This document shows positions 20,293-29,357 of a stretch of 64,000 nt of DNA, in pieces; the stretch's first letter is position 1, and each line of letters begins with the position of its first letter. The translations under genes and the position numbers were made by a program. The notes beneath the pieces are model-generated. The model worked only from the letters and a program-made list of their open reading frames with translations. It ran no database searches and was not told the origin of the DNA. Source of the DNA: Nannocystis pusilla (GTDB lineage Bacteria > Myxococcota_A > Polyangia > Nannocystales > Nannocystaceae); the NCBI RefSeq assembly GCF_020073745.1, contig NZ_JAIRAU010000047.1, forward strand, positions 285,990 to 349,989, given 5' to 3'.

Positions 20293-22821
20293 ATGATCGG
20301 ATCCCCGGAGCCTGGCGTGCGCAGCGGCTCGCGCCGAACCTCGCAAGCCGGGCCGCGGGCCGGCTGCTCGTGCGAGCTGCTGCTCTCGCTGTGCGCCGCC
20401 GACTCGGTCCAGGGCGTCCTGGCCGCCCACGGCCTCGACGTCGCCCGCCTGCGCGCCGTCGTCGACGAGCTCCACGCCGAGGTCGAGACCGAGCCGGCCG
20501 ACTGGCGCCTGCGGATCACCCAGCGCGGCGGTCGCGCCGCCGACCCCGACCTCGACCTCCTGCTCGCCCTCGTCCGCTCCGCCGACTCGCACGCCTACCA
20601 GCTGCTCGAGCGGGCCGGCGCCGCCTGCGGCGCCCTGCGCAAGCTGCTGATCGACCGCCTGCGCGCGCTCGAGGCCGCCGCGCTCACCGGGACAGGTCCC
20701 TCGCGCCATGTCCCATCCGGCATGTCCTCCGAGACAGCCCTGCCGCGGCGCCCCGTCGTCCAGCGCATGTCGACCATCGGCGCCGCCGGCGAGCGCCCGG
20801 TCCGCCGCTCGCTCGCCGACGCGCGCGCGAGTGACATGTCCCCGCGGACAGGTGCCGGCGACGCCCCGCCCCGCCCCGCCCGCGGCGGCGGCGCCCGCAC
20901 CTGGCCCGAAGGCCAGCCTGCCGCGCGCCCGGCCCGACCGACCGACGTCCGCACCTGGCCCGAAGACCACCCGGCCCGCGCCCGCCTCGACGCCCCCCGC
21001 GCCCGGCCCGAAGACCCGCGCGCGCCGACCCGCGCCCAGCCGCGCCTGCCCGCCCGCCCCGAGCCGGGCCGCGCCTCGGCCCTGGCCCTCAAGCCAGGTC
21101 CAGGCGCCCAGGTCGCGCCGGCCGGCGAGCCCGAGCCGCGCCCGGCCCCCGCGCCCCAGCCCGAGGCCCGCAGCCAGCGCCTGAGCCCGATCGACCCCTC
21201 GGCCCTGCCGCCGCTGCACGGCCGCGAGGGCGAGCTGGCGCGCCTCGCCGACGCCGTCCTGCGCCGCTCGCCGCGCCCGCCGCTGCTCGTCGGCCCGGCC
21301 GGCAGCGGCCGCACGCTGGTCGCCAAGCACCTCGCCGGCCTGCTGCACCAGCCGGTCTTCTACCTGTCCGCGACCCGCTACGAGGACGAGGACGGCCTGC
21401 GCGCCGACCTCGCCGCCGTCGCCAAGCAGGGCGGCGTCGCCATCCTCGACGACCTCGACCGCCTCGGCGGCGACGGCCCGCCGGCGCTGCTCGGCGCCCT
21501 CGCCAAGGCCTGGTCTTCGGGACAGCCGCCGATCGTCGCCGTCGCCTCGCCCGAGGGTCAGGCCCGCCTGTGCGCCTGGGCCCCCGGCCTGGCCGCCGCC
21601 CTCGACCTCGTCACCCTCCAGCCGCTCGAGGGCGACGACCTGCGCGCCGCCGTGGCCGCCGCCGCGCCCGCGGTGCTGGCCCAGCACGGCCTGTCTCTCG
21701 GGTCAGGTAGTCGCCTCGCCGAGCTCGTGCGCCTGTCCGACCGCTTCCTCGCCGGCCTGGCCCAGCCCGGCCGCAGCCTCGACCTGCTCGACCTCGCCTG
21801 CGCCCGCACCGCCCGCGAGGGCCGCGGCGCCGTCCAGCGCGACACCTGGATCGACATCGTCTGCGAGCGCAGCGGCGTCCCGCGCGAGCGCCTCGAGGGC
21901 CAGGGCCACCAGGACATGCTCGAGCTCGAGGCCGAGCTCGCGCGCAAGGTCGTCGGCCACGAGCACGCCCTCGCCGCCGTCGCCCAGCTGATCCGCAGGA
22001 ACCGGGCCGGCTTCGGCTCGCAGCGCCCGATCGCCACCGTCCTCCTGCTCGGGCCCAGCGGCGTCGGCAAGACCGAGATCGCCAAGGCCCTGTGCGGCGC
22101 CCTGTTCGACCGCCCCGACGCGTTCGTCCGCCTCGACATGAGCGAGTACGCCGAGGCCCACGCGGTCGCGCGGATCGTCGGCGCCCCGCCCGGCTACGTC
22201 GGCCACGAGCAGGGCGGCGCGCTGACCGACCCGCTGCTCAAGCAGCCGCACTGCGTCGTCCTCCTCGACGAGATCGAGAAGGCCCACCGCGACGTCCACC
22301 AGCTGCTGCTGCAGGTGTTCGACGAGGGCCGGCTCACCGACGGCCGCGGCCGCACCATCGACTTCCGCCACGCCGCGATCATCATGACCTCGAACCTCGG
22401 CGCCACCTGCCTCGACGCCACCGGCGACGCCCGCCTCGACGAGGCCCGCGTGCTCGAGGCCGCCCGCGCCGCCTTCCCGGTCGAGCTGTGGAACCGCATC
22501 GAGGCCCCGCTGGTGCTCCACCCGCTCGGCGGCGAGCAGCTGGCCCGGATCTGCGCCCGCCTGGTCCGCGCCTCCTCCGACCGCCTGCTGCGCGAGCGCG
22601 GCATCCGCTACCGCCTCACCGAGGCCGCCACCCGCCACGTCGTCTCGCTGTGCGGAAAGGACATGTCCCTTGGGGCACGTCCCTTGCGACATGTCCTTAC
22701 GCGCAGCGTCGAGGCCCTCCTGGCCGACGCGATCCTGCGCGGCCAGATCCGCGCCGGCATGCAGGTCGAGGTCGATCTCGACCACACCGGCGCGCTGTGC
22801 CTGCTGGCCTCGCGCGCCTAG
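20293..22821 (+). CDS. ClpA/ClpB-family AAA+ ATPase with degenerate first nucleotide-binding domain
   Basis: 842 aa. Clp_N-like N-terminus. D1 P-loop is 'GPAGSGRT' (Lys to Arg). D2 is canonical: 'GPSGVGKTE' and 'VVLLDEIEKAH'. A sensor-2 region 'GARPL' is present. A roughly 150-aa Pro/Arg/Ala low-complexity insert lies between the domains. Confidence 0.8.
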   Translation: MIGSPEPGVRSGSRRTSQAGPRAGCSCELLLSLCAADSVQGVLAAHGLDVARLRAVVDELHAEVETEPADWRLRITQRGGRAADPDLDLLLALVRSADSHAYQLLERAGAACGALRKLLIDRLRALEAAALTGTGPSRHVPSGMSSETALPRRPVVQRMSTIGAAGERPVRRSLADARASDMSPRTGAGDAPPRPARGGGARTWPEGQPAARPARPTDVRTWPEDHPARARLDAPRARPEDPRAPTRAQPRLPARPEPGRASALALKPGPGAQVAPAGEPEPRPAPAPQPEARSQRLSPIDPSALPPLHGREGELARLADAVLRRSPRPPLLVGPAGSGRTLVAKHLAGLLHQPVFYLSATRYEDEDGLRADLAAVAKQGGVAILDDLDRLGGDGPPALLGALAKAWSSGQPPIVAVASPEGQARLCAWAPGLAAALDLVTLQPLEGDDLRAAVAAAAPAVLAQHGLSLGSGSRLAELVRLSDRFLAGLAQPGRSLDLLDLACARTAREGRGAVQRDTWIDIVCERSGVPRERLEGQGHQDMLELEAELARKVVGHEHALAAVAQLIRRNRAGFGSQRPIATVLLLGPSGVGKTEIAKALCGALFDRPDAFVRLDMSEYAEAHAVARIVGAPPGYVGHEQGGALTDPLLKQPHCVVLLDEIEKAHRDVHQLLLQVFDEGRLTDGRGRTIDFRHAAIIMTSNLGATCLDATGDARLDEARVLEAARAAFPVELWNRIEAPLVLHPLGGEQLARICARLVRASSDRLLRERGIRYRLTEAATRHVVSLCGKDMSLGARPLRHVLTRSVEALLADAILRGQIRAGMQVEVDLDHTGALCLLASRA

Positions 22822-22855
22822 TCGATCGCTGCGCCGCGTGGTACCGTGCGGCGCG

Positions 22856-23233
22856 GTGGCGTCCGCCCTCATCATCGACGCCGACGCCCGGCTGACGATC
22901 CGCCTGGCGACGATCCTCGCCGCCCGCTCGCTGCCGGCCGCGGTGCTCGTCGATCCCGGCGAGGCCGTCGCGTGGGTGCGGGCCCACGCGCCCGCGCTCG
23001 TGCTGCTGCGCGTCGAGCTGCCGGGCACCTCCGGCTTCGCGGTGTGCAACCGCCTGCGACGCGACGACGACACCCGGGCGATCCCGCTCATCCTGTACGG
23101 CTCCGAGGTCCCACCCGAAGTCTTCGACGGCCACAGCAAGCTGCGCACCCGCGCCACCGCCTACTTGCACGCGCCCTTCGACCCCGCCCGCGTCCACGCC
23201 GCCGTCGCCGCGTGCCTCTCCGTGAGCGCGTGA
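22856..23233 (+). CDS. stand-alone pseudo-receiver (REC-like) domain protein
   Basis: About 125 aa from GTG 22856. REC fold ('ALIIDAD...') but the phospho-acceptor position is 'LVLLRVELPG', with Arg in place of Asp. Paralogous to the N-terminus of the next gene. Confidence 0.55.
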   Translation: MASALIIDADARLTIRLATILAARSLPAAVLVDPGEAVAWVRAHAPALVLLRVELPGTSGFAVCNRLRRDDDTRAIPLILYGSEVPPEVFDGHSKLRTRATAYLHAPFDPARVHAAVAACLSVSA

Positions 23234-23390
23234 AGCCGGCGCGTGTCTCGCGGTGACCGCGCGACGATCGTCGTCGCAAGAGCCTCGTCGCAGGCGGCGG
23301 CGCCGGCCCGTCGAACGTCGTTATGCGGGCCGCCAAGGACCGGCCCGTCGCCCCTGGTGGAAGCGAGCAAGGCCGGATATTTTGGCCCAC

Positions 23391-25169
23391 GTGCACTCAG
23401 CGCTGATCATCGACGCGGACGGCAAGACCCCGGCCACCCTCAAGAACATCCTGGCCCCGTACGGCTTCGAGTTCACGATCACGGAGAACGGGCCTGAAGC
23501 TGTCAACGTCGCGCGCCAGGCCGCGCCGGACATCATCTTCTTGCGCGCCGAGCTGCCGCTGACCTCCGGCTTCTCGGTGTGCAACCGCCTGCGGCGCCAC
23601 GAGGACACCAAGCGGATCCCGCTCATCATGTACTCCTCGAACGTCAGCGAAGACGTGTTCGAGCAGCACCGCAACCTCAAGACCCACGCCGACGACTACC
23701 TGCGCCTGCCGCTCGACGAGAGCCGCCTGATCTCGGCGATCCGCCCCGTCCTGCCGATCGGCGAGGCCAAGGCCGCCCAGGACGCCCCGCCGGGGCCCGC
23801 GCGGCCCGGCGCCGGCGCGAACCCGCCCGCCGCCGCCTCCGCCAGGCCGGCCCGCCCCCTGCGTGCAAAAGAGCGCCTCGAGATCGAGCTGCGCGACCCG
23901 CCCGCGCGCGCCGGCGAGAGCCGCCAGCAGTTCGAGCAGGAGTTCGAGGGTGGCTTCAGCGCCCTGCAGGACGAGCCCTCGAGCGCCCTCCCGCGCGAGG
24001 GCTCCGGCGCCCTCCCGCCGCCCGACTCCGAGATGTCCGACGCCACCATGGCCGCCGGCGGCTTCAAGGCCCAGCGCGAGGTGCTGCAGCTCAGGAGCCA
24101 GCTCAACGCCCGCAGCCGCGAGATCCTGACCCTCAAGGACGAGCTCGAGTCGCGCGAGCGCACCATCCTCGACTCGAAGAAGCTCCAGCGCGAGCTGCAG
24201 GCCCAGATCAGCGAGCTCGAGAACCAGGTGCTCGCCGCCCAGGAGCAGATCCTGTCGTCGCGCGAGGCCGTCGAGGCCTCCGTGCGCGACAAGCAGACCG
24301 CGCTCAAGCGCGAGGAGGGCGTCAAGACCCGCCTCGAGGTGCTGCAGAAGAAGCTCAAGGACACCGAGACCGAGTTCGCCGCCGTCCGCGCCCAGAACGC
24401 CCAGGACCGCGACAAGGCCGCCATCGCCCTCGCCGAGGCCCAGCAGCGCGTCGAGAGCCAGGCCGTGACCATCACCGAGCTCGAGGCCGAGCGCGAGCGC
24501 CTGAGCGCGCAGCTGCTCGAGTCCAGCGGTCAGGTCACCAGCCTCGTCGACGGCTTCGAGGGCGCGCGCAAGAGCGTCGCCGAGCTCGAGGCCCAGCTCG
24601 AGCAGCACCGCCAGGAGATGGAGCGCGTCCTCGCCGACGCGGAGATCGAGCGGGTCGCCGCGCTCGAGTCGCTGGCCCGCCAGCACCAGGCCGAGATCGA
24701 CGACCGCGAGCAGGACCACCGCGCCACCGTCAACCAGCTCCACGGCCAGATCGCGACCCTGCGCGATCAGGCCCAGCAAGAGCGCGAGCGCGTGGCGCAG
24801 ACGATCATGGAGACCGAGGAGAACGCCCGCCTGCAGATCAGCCAGCTGACCCAAACGCTGGCCGCCACCGAGGAGGCGGCGCGGCGGGAGATCCAGCAGC
24901 TGCAGCAGACGCTGGCGCAGACCGAGGAGACCGCGCGCGGCGAGATCGGCGCGCTGCAGGCCGCCCTCGCCGACAGCCGCGCCCAGGCCGAGGACGCGGC
25001 CGCCGACGCCAACCGGCGGATCGCCGGCCTCGAGCATCAGGTCGACGAGCTCGGCGCTCAGCTCGACCGCTCCGAGACCCTGCTGGCCCGCCGCCGCGAC
25101 GCCGCCCAGCGCGCCCAGCAGGCCCTCGCCGTCGGCCTCAAGCTGCTCGAGGACGACGACCTGACCTGA
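23391..25169 (+). CDS. FrzS-like protein: N-terminal pseudo-receiver domain plus long coiled-coil
   Basis: About 592 aa from GTG 23391. REC-like N-terminus 'IIFLRAELPLTSGF' (Asp to Arg), then about 400 aa of heptad-rich E/Q/L/A/R coiled coil. This architecture matches the Myxococcus FrzS social-motility protein. Confidence 0.6.
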   Translation: MHSALIIDADGKTPATLKNILAPYGFEFTITENGPEAVNVARQAAPDIIFLRAELPLTSGFSVCNRLRRHEDTKRIPLIMYSSNVSEDVFEQHRNLKTHADDYLRLPLDESRLISAIRPVLPIGEAKAAQDAPPGPARPGAGANPPAAASARPARPLRAKERLEIELRDPPARAGESRQQFEQEFEGGFSALQDEPSSALPREGSGALPPPDSEMSDATMAAGGFKAQREVLQLRSQLNARSREILTLKDELESRERTILDSKKLQRELQAQISELENQVLAAQEQILSSREAVEASVRDKQTALKREEGVKTRLEVLQKKLKDTETEFAAVRAQNAQDRDKAAIALAEAQQRVESQAVTITELEAERERLSAQLLESSGQVTSLVDGFEGARKSVAELEAQLEQHRQEMERVLADAEIERVAALESLARQHQAEIDDREQDHRATVNQLHGQIATLRDQAQQERERVAQTIMETEENARLQISQLTQTLAATEEAARREIQQLQQTLAQTEETARGEIGALQAALADSRAQAEDAAADANRRIAGLEHQVDELGAQLDRSETLLARRRDAAQRAQQALAVGLKLLEDDDLT

Positions 25170-25203
25170 CCTATCCTGAAGGTCATCTGCGAGGATCGAT
25201 CGC

Positions 25204-26946
25204 TTGAGCGCCGACCGCATCCACGGCGACACCGCCAACCTGAAGAGCAGCCAGTCGCGCGCCCTCCAGCGCCTCGGCGAGCGCCGCGTCCCCGCCGACC
25301 GCGTCATCTCGGCCGCCCTCGCGCGCGACCTGCTCGACCTCTCGCACCAGCTCGGGCGTCAGCTCGGCCTCTTCATCGACCGCCGCGGCCAGGTCGAGCG
25401 CGTCATCCTCGGCGACGCGCACAGCCTCAGCCTGCCGGAGTTCGCCCGCGTCCGCGGCGCCCTCGGCCGCTTGCGCGGCGTCCGCCTGATCGTCACCCAC
25501 CTCGTGCCCGACCCGCTCACGCGCGAGGAGCTGGCCGACCTCGCCAAGCTGCGCCTCGACCTCGTCGCCGGCGTGCACCGCGGCCCCGCCGGCATCCAGC
25601 TCGACCTCGCCAGCCTCACCCCGGCCGCGCCCGGGGCCGCCGAGGTGTTCACGCTGCGGACCTGGCCGAGAGTACCTGTCTCGACGCTCAGCCGCGATCT
25701 GTCGACCCGACCCGACGACGAGACGCCCCCGCCAGCCGACGCGCCCGACCTGCCGATCGACTTCACCGGCTTCATCCGCGAGCTCGAGGCCAAGCTCGTC
25801 GCCGCGACCACCGACGCGCGGGCCGAGGCGCGCGGCACCAAGGCGACCGCGCTGGTGATCCACGGCGGCGGCCCCGAGGTCCCGGCGCGGATCAGCGAGC
25901 TGCGCGAGCTGTGCCGCACCGCCGGCATCCAGCTGATGGACCTCGTGACCCAGCGGCGCCCGCAGCCCGACCCGCGCACCTTCTTCGGCCAGGGCAAGCT
26001 GCGCGAGGTCATCGTCCGCGCGCTCGAGCAGGACTGCGAGCTCCTGATCTGCGACCCCGACCTCACGCCCTCGCAGGCGCACGCGATCGCCGACGAGACC
26101 GAGCTCAAGGTCATCGATCGCACCACGCTGATCCTCGACATCTTCGCCCAGCACGCCCGCAGCGCCGACGGCAAGCTGCAGGTCGAGCTGGCCCAGCTGC
26201 GCTACATGTTGCCGCGCATGGTCGGCAAGGGCACCGCGATGTCGCGGCTCGCCGGCGGGATCGGCGGGCGCGGCCCCGGCGAGACCAAGCTCGAGATCGA
26301 TCGCCGCCGCGCCAAGGAGCGGATAAGCGCCCTGACGCGCCGCCTCGCCGAGCTGCGCCAGCGTCGCGACCAGCGCCGCGCGCTGCGCCGCAGCACCAAC
26401 GTCCCGGTGGTCGCGATCGTCGGCTACACCAACGCCGGCAAGTCGAGCCTGCTCAACACCGTGACCCAGAGCGAGGTCCTGGCCGAGAACAAGCTGTTCG
26501 CCACCCTCGACCCGACCGTCCGCCGGATCCGCTTCCCCGAGGACCGCGAGGTCGTCCTGCTCGACACCGTCGGCTTCATCCGCGACCTCCCGCCGGCCCT
26601 GCTGCAGGCGTTCAGCGCCACCCTCGAGGAGGTCGCCGACGCCGACCTGCTGCTGCTCGTCGTCGACGCCAGCGACCCCGACCGCGACCAGCAGCGCGCC
26701 GCCGTCGAGGCGATCCTCGGCGACCTCGGCGCCGGCAAGGTCCCGCGCCTGCTCGTGTTCAACAAGTGCGACCTGCTCGCGCCGGAGGAGCTGGCCGCCC
26801 GCCGCGAGGACGCCGGCCCCGACACCTTCTTCATCAGCGCGATCGACCGCCGCAGCACCTTCCCGCTCATGCACGCCATCGAGACGCACCTGTGGGAGCG
26901 CGGAATGATCGAGCGCGCGGCCACGTTCACGGGTGACGAGCCCTGA
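25204..26946 (+). CDS. hflX: GTPase HflX
   Basis: 580 aa with a TTG start. HflX N-terminal domain. G1 'GYTNAGKSSL', G3 'DTVGF', G4 'NKCD'. Its stop overlaps the uppP start (ATGA overlap). Confidence 0.85.
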   Translation: MSADRIHGDTANLKSSQSRALQRLGERRVPADRVISAALARDLLDLSHQLGRQLGLFIDRRGQVERVILGDAHSLSLPEFARVRGALGRLRGVRLIVTHLVPDPLTREELADLAKLRLDLVAGVHRGPAGIQLDLASLTPAAPGAAEVFTLRTWPRVPVSTLSRDLSTRPDDETPPPADAPDLPIDFTGFIRELEAKLVAATTDARAEARGTKATALVIHGGGPEVPARISELRELCRTAGIQLMDLVTQRRPQPDPRTFFGQGKLREVIVRALEQDCELLICDPDLTPSQAHAIADETELKVIDRTTLILDIFAQHARSADGKLQVELAQLRYMLPRMVGKGTAMSRLAGGIGGRGPGETKLEIDRRRAKERISALTRRLAELRQRRDQRRALRRSTNVPVVAIVGYTNAGKSSLLNTVTQSEVLAENKLFATLDPTVRRIRFPEDREVVLLDTVGFIRDLPPALLQAFSATLEEVADADLLLLVVDASDPDRDQQRAAVEAILGDLGAGKVPRLLVFNKCDLLAPEELAARREDAGPDTFFISAIDRRSTFPLMHAIETHLWERGMIERAATFTGDEP

Positions 26947-27821
26947 TGTCCGCCCCCGAGCTCGACCTCGGCCTCGCCGCCCTCCTCGGCGCCCTCCAGG
27001 GCGTGGCCGAGTTCCTGCCGATCTCCTCGTCCGGCCACCTCGCCCTGGCCCAGCGCGTCGCCGGCCTCGACGCCGGCGCCGGCGGCCACTCGTTCAACAT
27101 CGTCGTCCACGCCGGCACCCTGCTGGCCGTCCTGTTCCACTACCGCGGCGACCTGCTCGCGCTGGCCCGCGCCGTCTTGCGTCCGGGACATGTCCCCCAG
27201 CACATGCCCGATGCGCCAGGCTCGGAAGGACATGTCCCCTCGGGCAGCTCACCGAGCGACGCGCGAGCGCTGCTGCTCGCGCTCGTCCTCGGCACCTTGC
27301 CGCTGGCCGCCGCCCTCGCCCCGCCGGTCGAGAACCTCGTCATCGCCGCCGAGCACCACCCCCGGGCCATCGGCGCCTGCTTCCTCGTCACCGCGGCGAT
27401 GCTCGGCCTGGCCGAGTGGCTGACCCGCCGGCGCCGGAGCCCGCAGGAGGTCCCGCGGCCGCTGCAGGCGCTGCTCATCGGCCTCGCGCAGCTCGTCGCC
27501 ATCCTGCCCGGCATCTCGCGCAGCGGCTCGACGATCGCCGCCGCCATGGGCCTCGGCCTCGGCCGCCTGCCGGCCGCGCGCTTCTCGTTCCTGCTGGCGA
27601 TCCCCGCCATCCTCGGCGCCGCGCTCAAGGAGGCGCTCGACCTGATGAAGGAGGGCCTGCCCGCCGTCGACCCGCTCGCCTTCGTCGTCGGCTTCTTCGT
27701 CAGCTTCGTCGTCGGCGTCGCCACCCTGCGCGTGCTGCTGGTCCTGCTGGTCCGCGTCGGCGTGGTGCCCTTCGTGCCCTACCTCGTCGTCCTCGGCCTC
27801 GCCGTCCTCGCCCTCGGCTAG
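26946..27821 (+). CDS. uppP: undecaprenyl-diphosphate phosphatase UppP/BacA
   Basis: 291 aa. Conserved 'EFLPISSSGH' and 'PGISRSGSTI' motifs and 8 TM segments. The loop at 27181-27245 is encoded by palindromic units. Confidence 0.85.
   Translation: MSAPELDLGLAALLGALQGVAEFLPISSSGHLALAQRVAGLDAGAGGHSFNIVVHAGTLLAVLFHYRGDLLALARAVLRPGHVPQHMPDAPGSEGHVPSGSSPSDARALLLALVLGTLPLAAALAPPVENLVIAAEHHPRAIGACFLVTAAMLGLAEWLTRRRRSPQEVPRPLQALLIGLAQLVAILPGISRSGSTIAAAMGLGLGRLPAARFSFLLAIPAILGAALKEALDLMKEGLPAVDPLAFVVGFFVSFVVGVATLRVLLVLLVRVGVVPFVPYLVVLGLAVLALG
27185..27240. repeat. three palindromic units (GGGACATGTCCC, CACATGCCCG, GGACATGTCCC; core spacing 14 and 28 bp) inside the uppP coding sequence
   Basis: Direct reading. 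The units encode loop peptide 'RPGHVPQHMPDAPGSEGHVPSG'. Confidence 0.85.
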
Positions 27822-28196
27822 GAGCCTGTCCGGGAAATCGCGGGGCCGGAGGCGCGGGGCCGTGGAGTTCTGGGTGACGGCGGGCACGGAGCGGCGGAGC
27901 GGGTCCCTCGCTTCGGCGGGGCCCTCCCAGGCAACGTGCTCGGCGCCCTCGGGCTTCGATATCGATCTGTCGTTGAGGACAGGTTCGTACGTGCCTCACG
28001 GACGATGGCGCCTGCGCGCGGTTGCCTGCGGCCCCTCCCGCCGGCGTCCCACTCCGCCGCTCCGTGCCCGCCTGCGAAGAGCGTCGCCGGCCCCGCTTGT
28101 CGCCGCGCGGGAGCCTCACGGAGCGGCGGCGAGTGCGGCGCGTCCGGCTTCGTTTCTACCTGTCCTAAAGAACAGGACCGATCCACCATAACCTTG

Positions 28197-28236
28197 TAGA
28201 CATGCCCATCACGACATGCCCGTACGAGCATGCCCT
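28197..28236. repeat. three direct GACATGCCC units at 14-bp spacing, preceded by GTCCT-N7-AGGAC inverted repeat (28160-28178)
   Basis: 'tagacatgcccatcacgacatgcccgtacgagcatgccct', in the convergent uppP/queA intergenic region. Confidence 0.8.
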
Positions 28237-28245
28237 ACCGACGGC

Positions 28246-29277
28246 TCAGCCGCCGGCCCGCGTGAGCAGCATGCAGTCGCCGTACGAGTAGAAGCGGTAG
28301 CCGGCGGCCACCGCCTCGGCGTAGGCCGCCAGCACCCGCTCGCGCCCGCCGAGGCAGCACACCAGCATCAGCAGCGAGCTGCGCGGCAGGTGGAAGTTGG
28401 TGACGATCGCGTCGACCACCTTGAACTCGAAGCCGGGCGCGATCACCAGGTCGGTCGTGCCGGAGAACGGCGCGATCTCGCCGGCGCGGGCGACCGACTC
28501 GAGCGCGCGCGTGGCCGTGGTGCCGACGGCCACGACCGGCCGGCCCTCGGCCTTCGCCGCCGCGATCCGGCTCGCCGCCCCCGCGTCGAGCTCGACCCGC
28601 TCGGCGCCGACCTTGTGCTCGCGGACATCCTCGGCCTCGAGCGGCAGGAACGTGCCCGGACCGACGTGCAGCGTCACCCGCACGACGTCGAGCTGCGCCA
28701 GCACCTCGGGCTCCCAGTGCAGCCCGGCCGTCGGCGCGGCCACCGAGCCCGGCTGGGCCGCGTAGATCGTCTGGTAGCGCGACGCGTCCTCGTCGGTCGG
28801 CCCCGCGGGCCGGCGGATGTACGGCGGCAGCGGCACCTCGCCGCGGCTCGTGAGCGCGCCCATCCACTCGCCGGCCTCGACGCAGAACACCCGCGCCCGC
28901 GGGTCGACGGCGTCGGGCTCGACGTAGCGGGCCACCCACTCGCCGCAGCGCACCACGTCGCCGGCCCGCAGCCGCTTGGCCCCGCGGACCCACGCGCGGA
29001 ACGTCTGCCCCGGCGACAGCCCCGGCCGCGGATCGCAGACCAGCAGCTCCAGCTCGCGCCCGTTGTGCAGCACCCGCAGCCGCGCCGGCACCACCCGCGA
29101 GTCGTTGACCACGACCAGCGCGCGCGGGTCGAGGAAGCGCGGCAGCTCACGCGCATACGCGTGGACCGGCGCCCCCGCGTCGCGCTGCACCAGCATGCGG
29201 GCATCGCCGCGCCGCGCCGCGGGCGTCTGGGCGATCTGCTCGGACGGCAACACGTAGTCGTAGGCTTCGGGACCCAT
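28246..29277 (-). CDS. queA: S-adenosylmethionine:tRNA ribosyltransferase-isomerase QueA
   Basis: 343 aa. N-terminal 'YDYVLPSEQIAQTPAARRGDARMLV' and the QueA core 'TAGLHWEPEVL...TLHVGPGTFLPL'. Confidence 0.85.
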   Translation of the reverse strand: MGPEAYDYVLPSEQIAQTPAARRGDARMLVQRDAGAPVHAYARELPRFLDPRALVVVNDSRVVPARLRVLHNGRELELLVCDPRPGLSPGQTFRAWVRGAKRLRAGDVVRCGEWVARYVEPDAVDPRARVFCVEAGEWMGALTSRGEVPLPPYIRRPAGPTDEDASRYQTIYAAQPGSVAAPTAGLHWEPEVLAQLDVVRVTLHVGPGTFLPLEAEDVREHKVGAERVELDAGAASRIAAAKAEGRPVVAVGTTATRALESVARAGEIAPFSGTTDLVIAPGFEFKVVDAIVTNFHLPRSSLLMLVCCLGGRERVLAAYAEAVAAGYRFYSYGDCMLLTRAGG

Positions 29278-29357
29278 CGCTCGCGCGCGGGTTTTGACAC
29301 ACCCGCGCCGGCGCGCACAAGTGGTCCGCGCCGCGCGACGGTGCCATCCTCGCCGCA

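Noticed and set aside
28160-28236. Possibility that the three GACATGCCC direct repeats plus the GTCCT-N7-AGGAC inverted repeat upstream of queA are an operator for a specific regulator.
   Set aside because: The same unit type is ubiquitous across the window, so a locus-specific operator interpretation is not supported. It is treated as part of the general repeat family.
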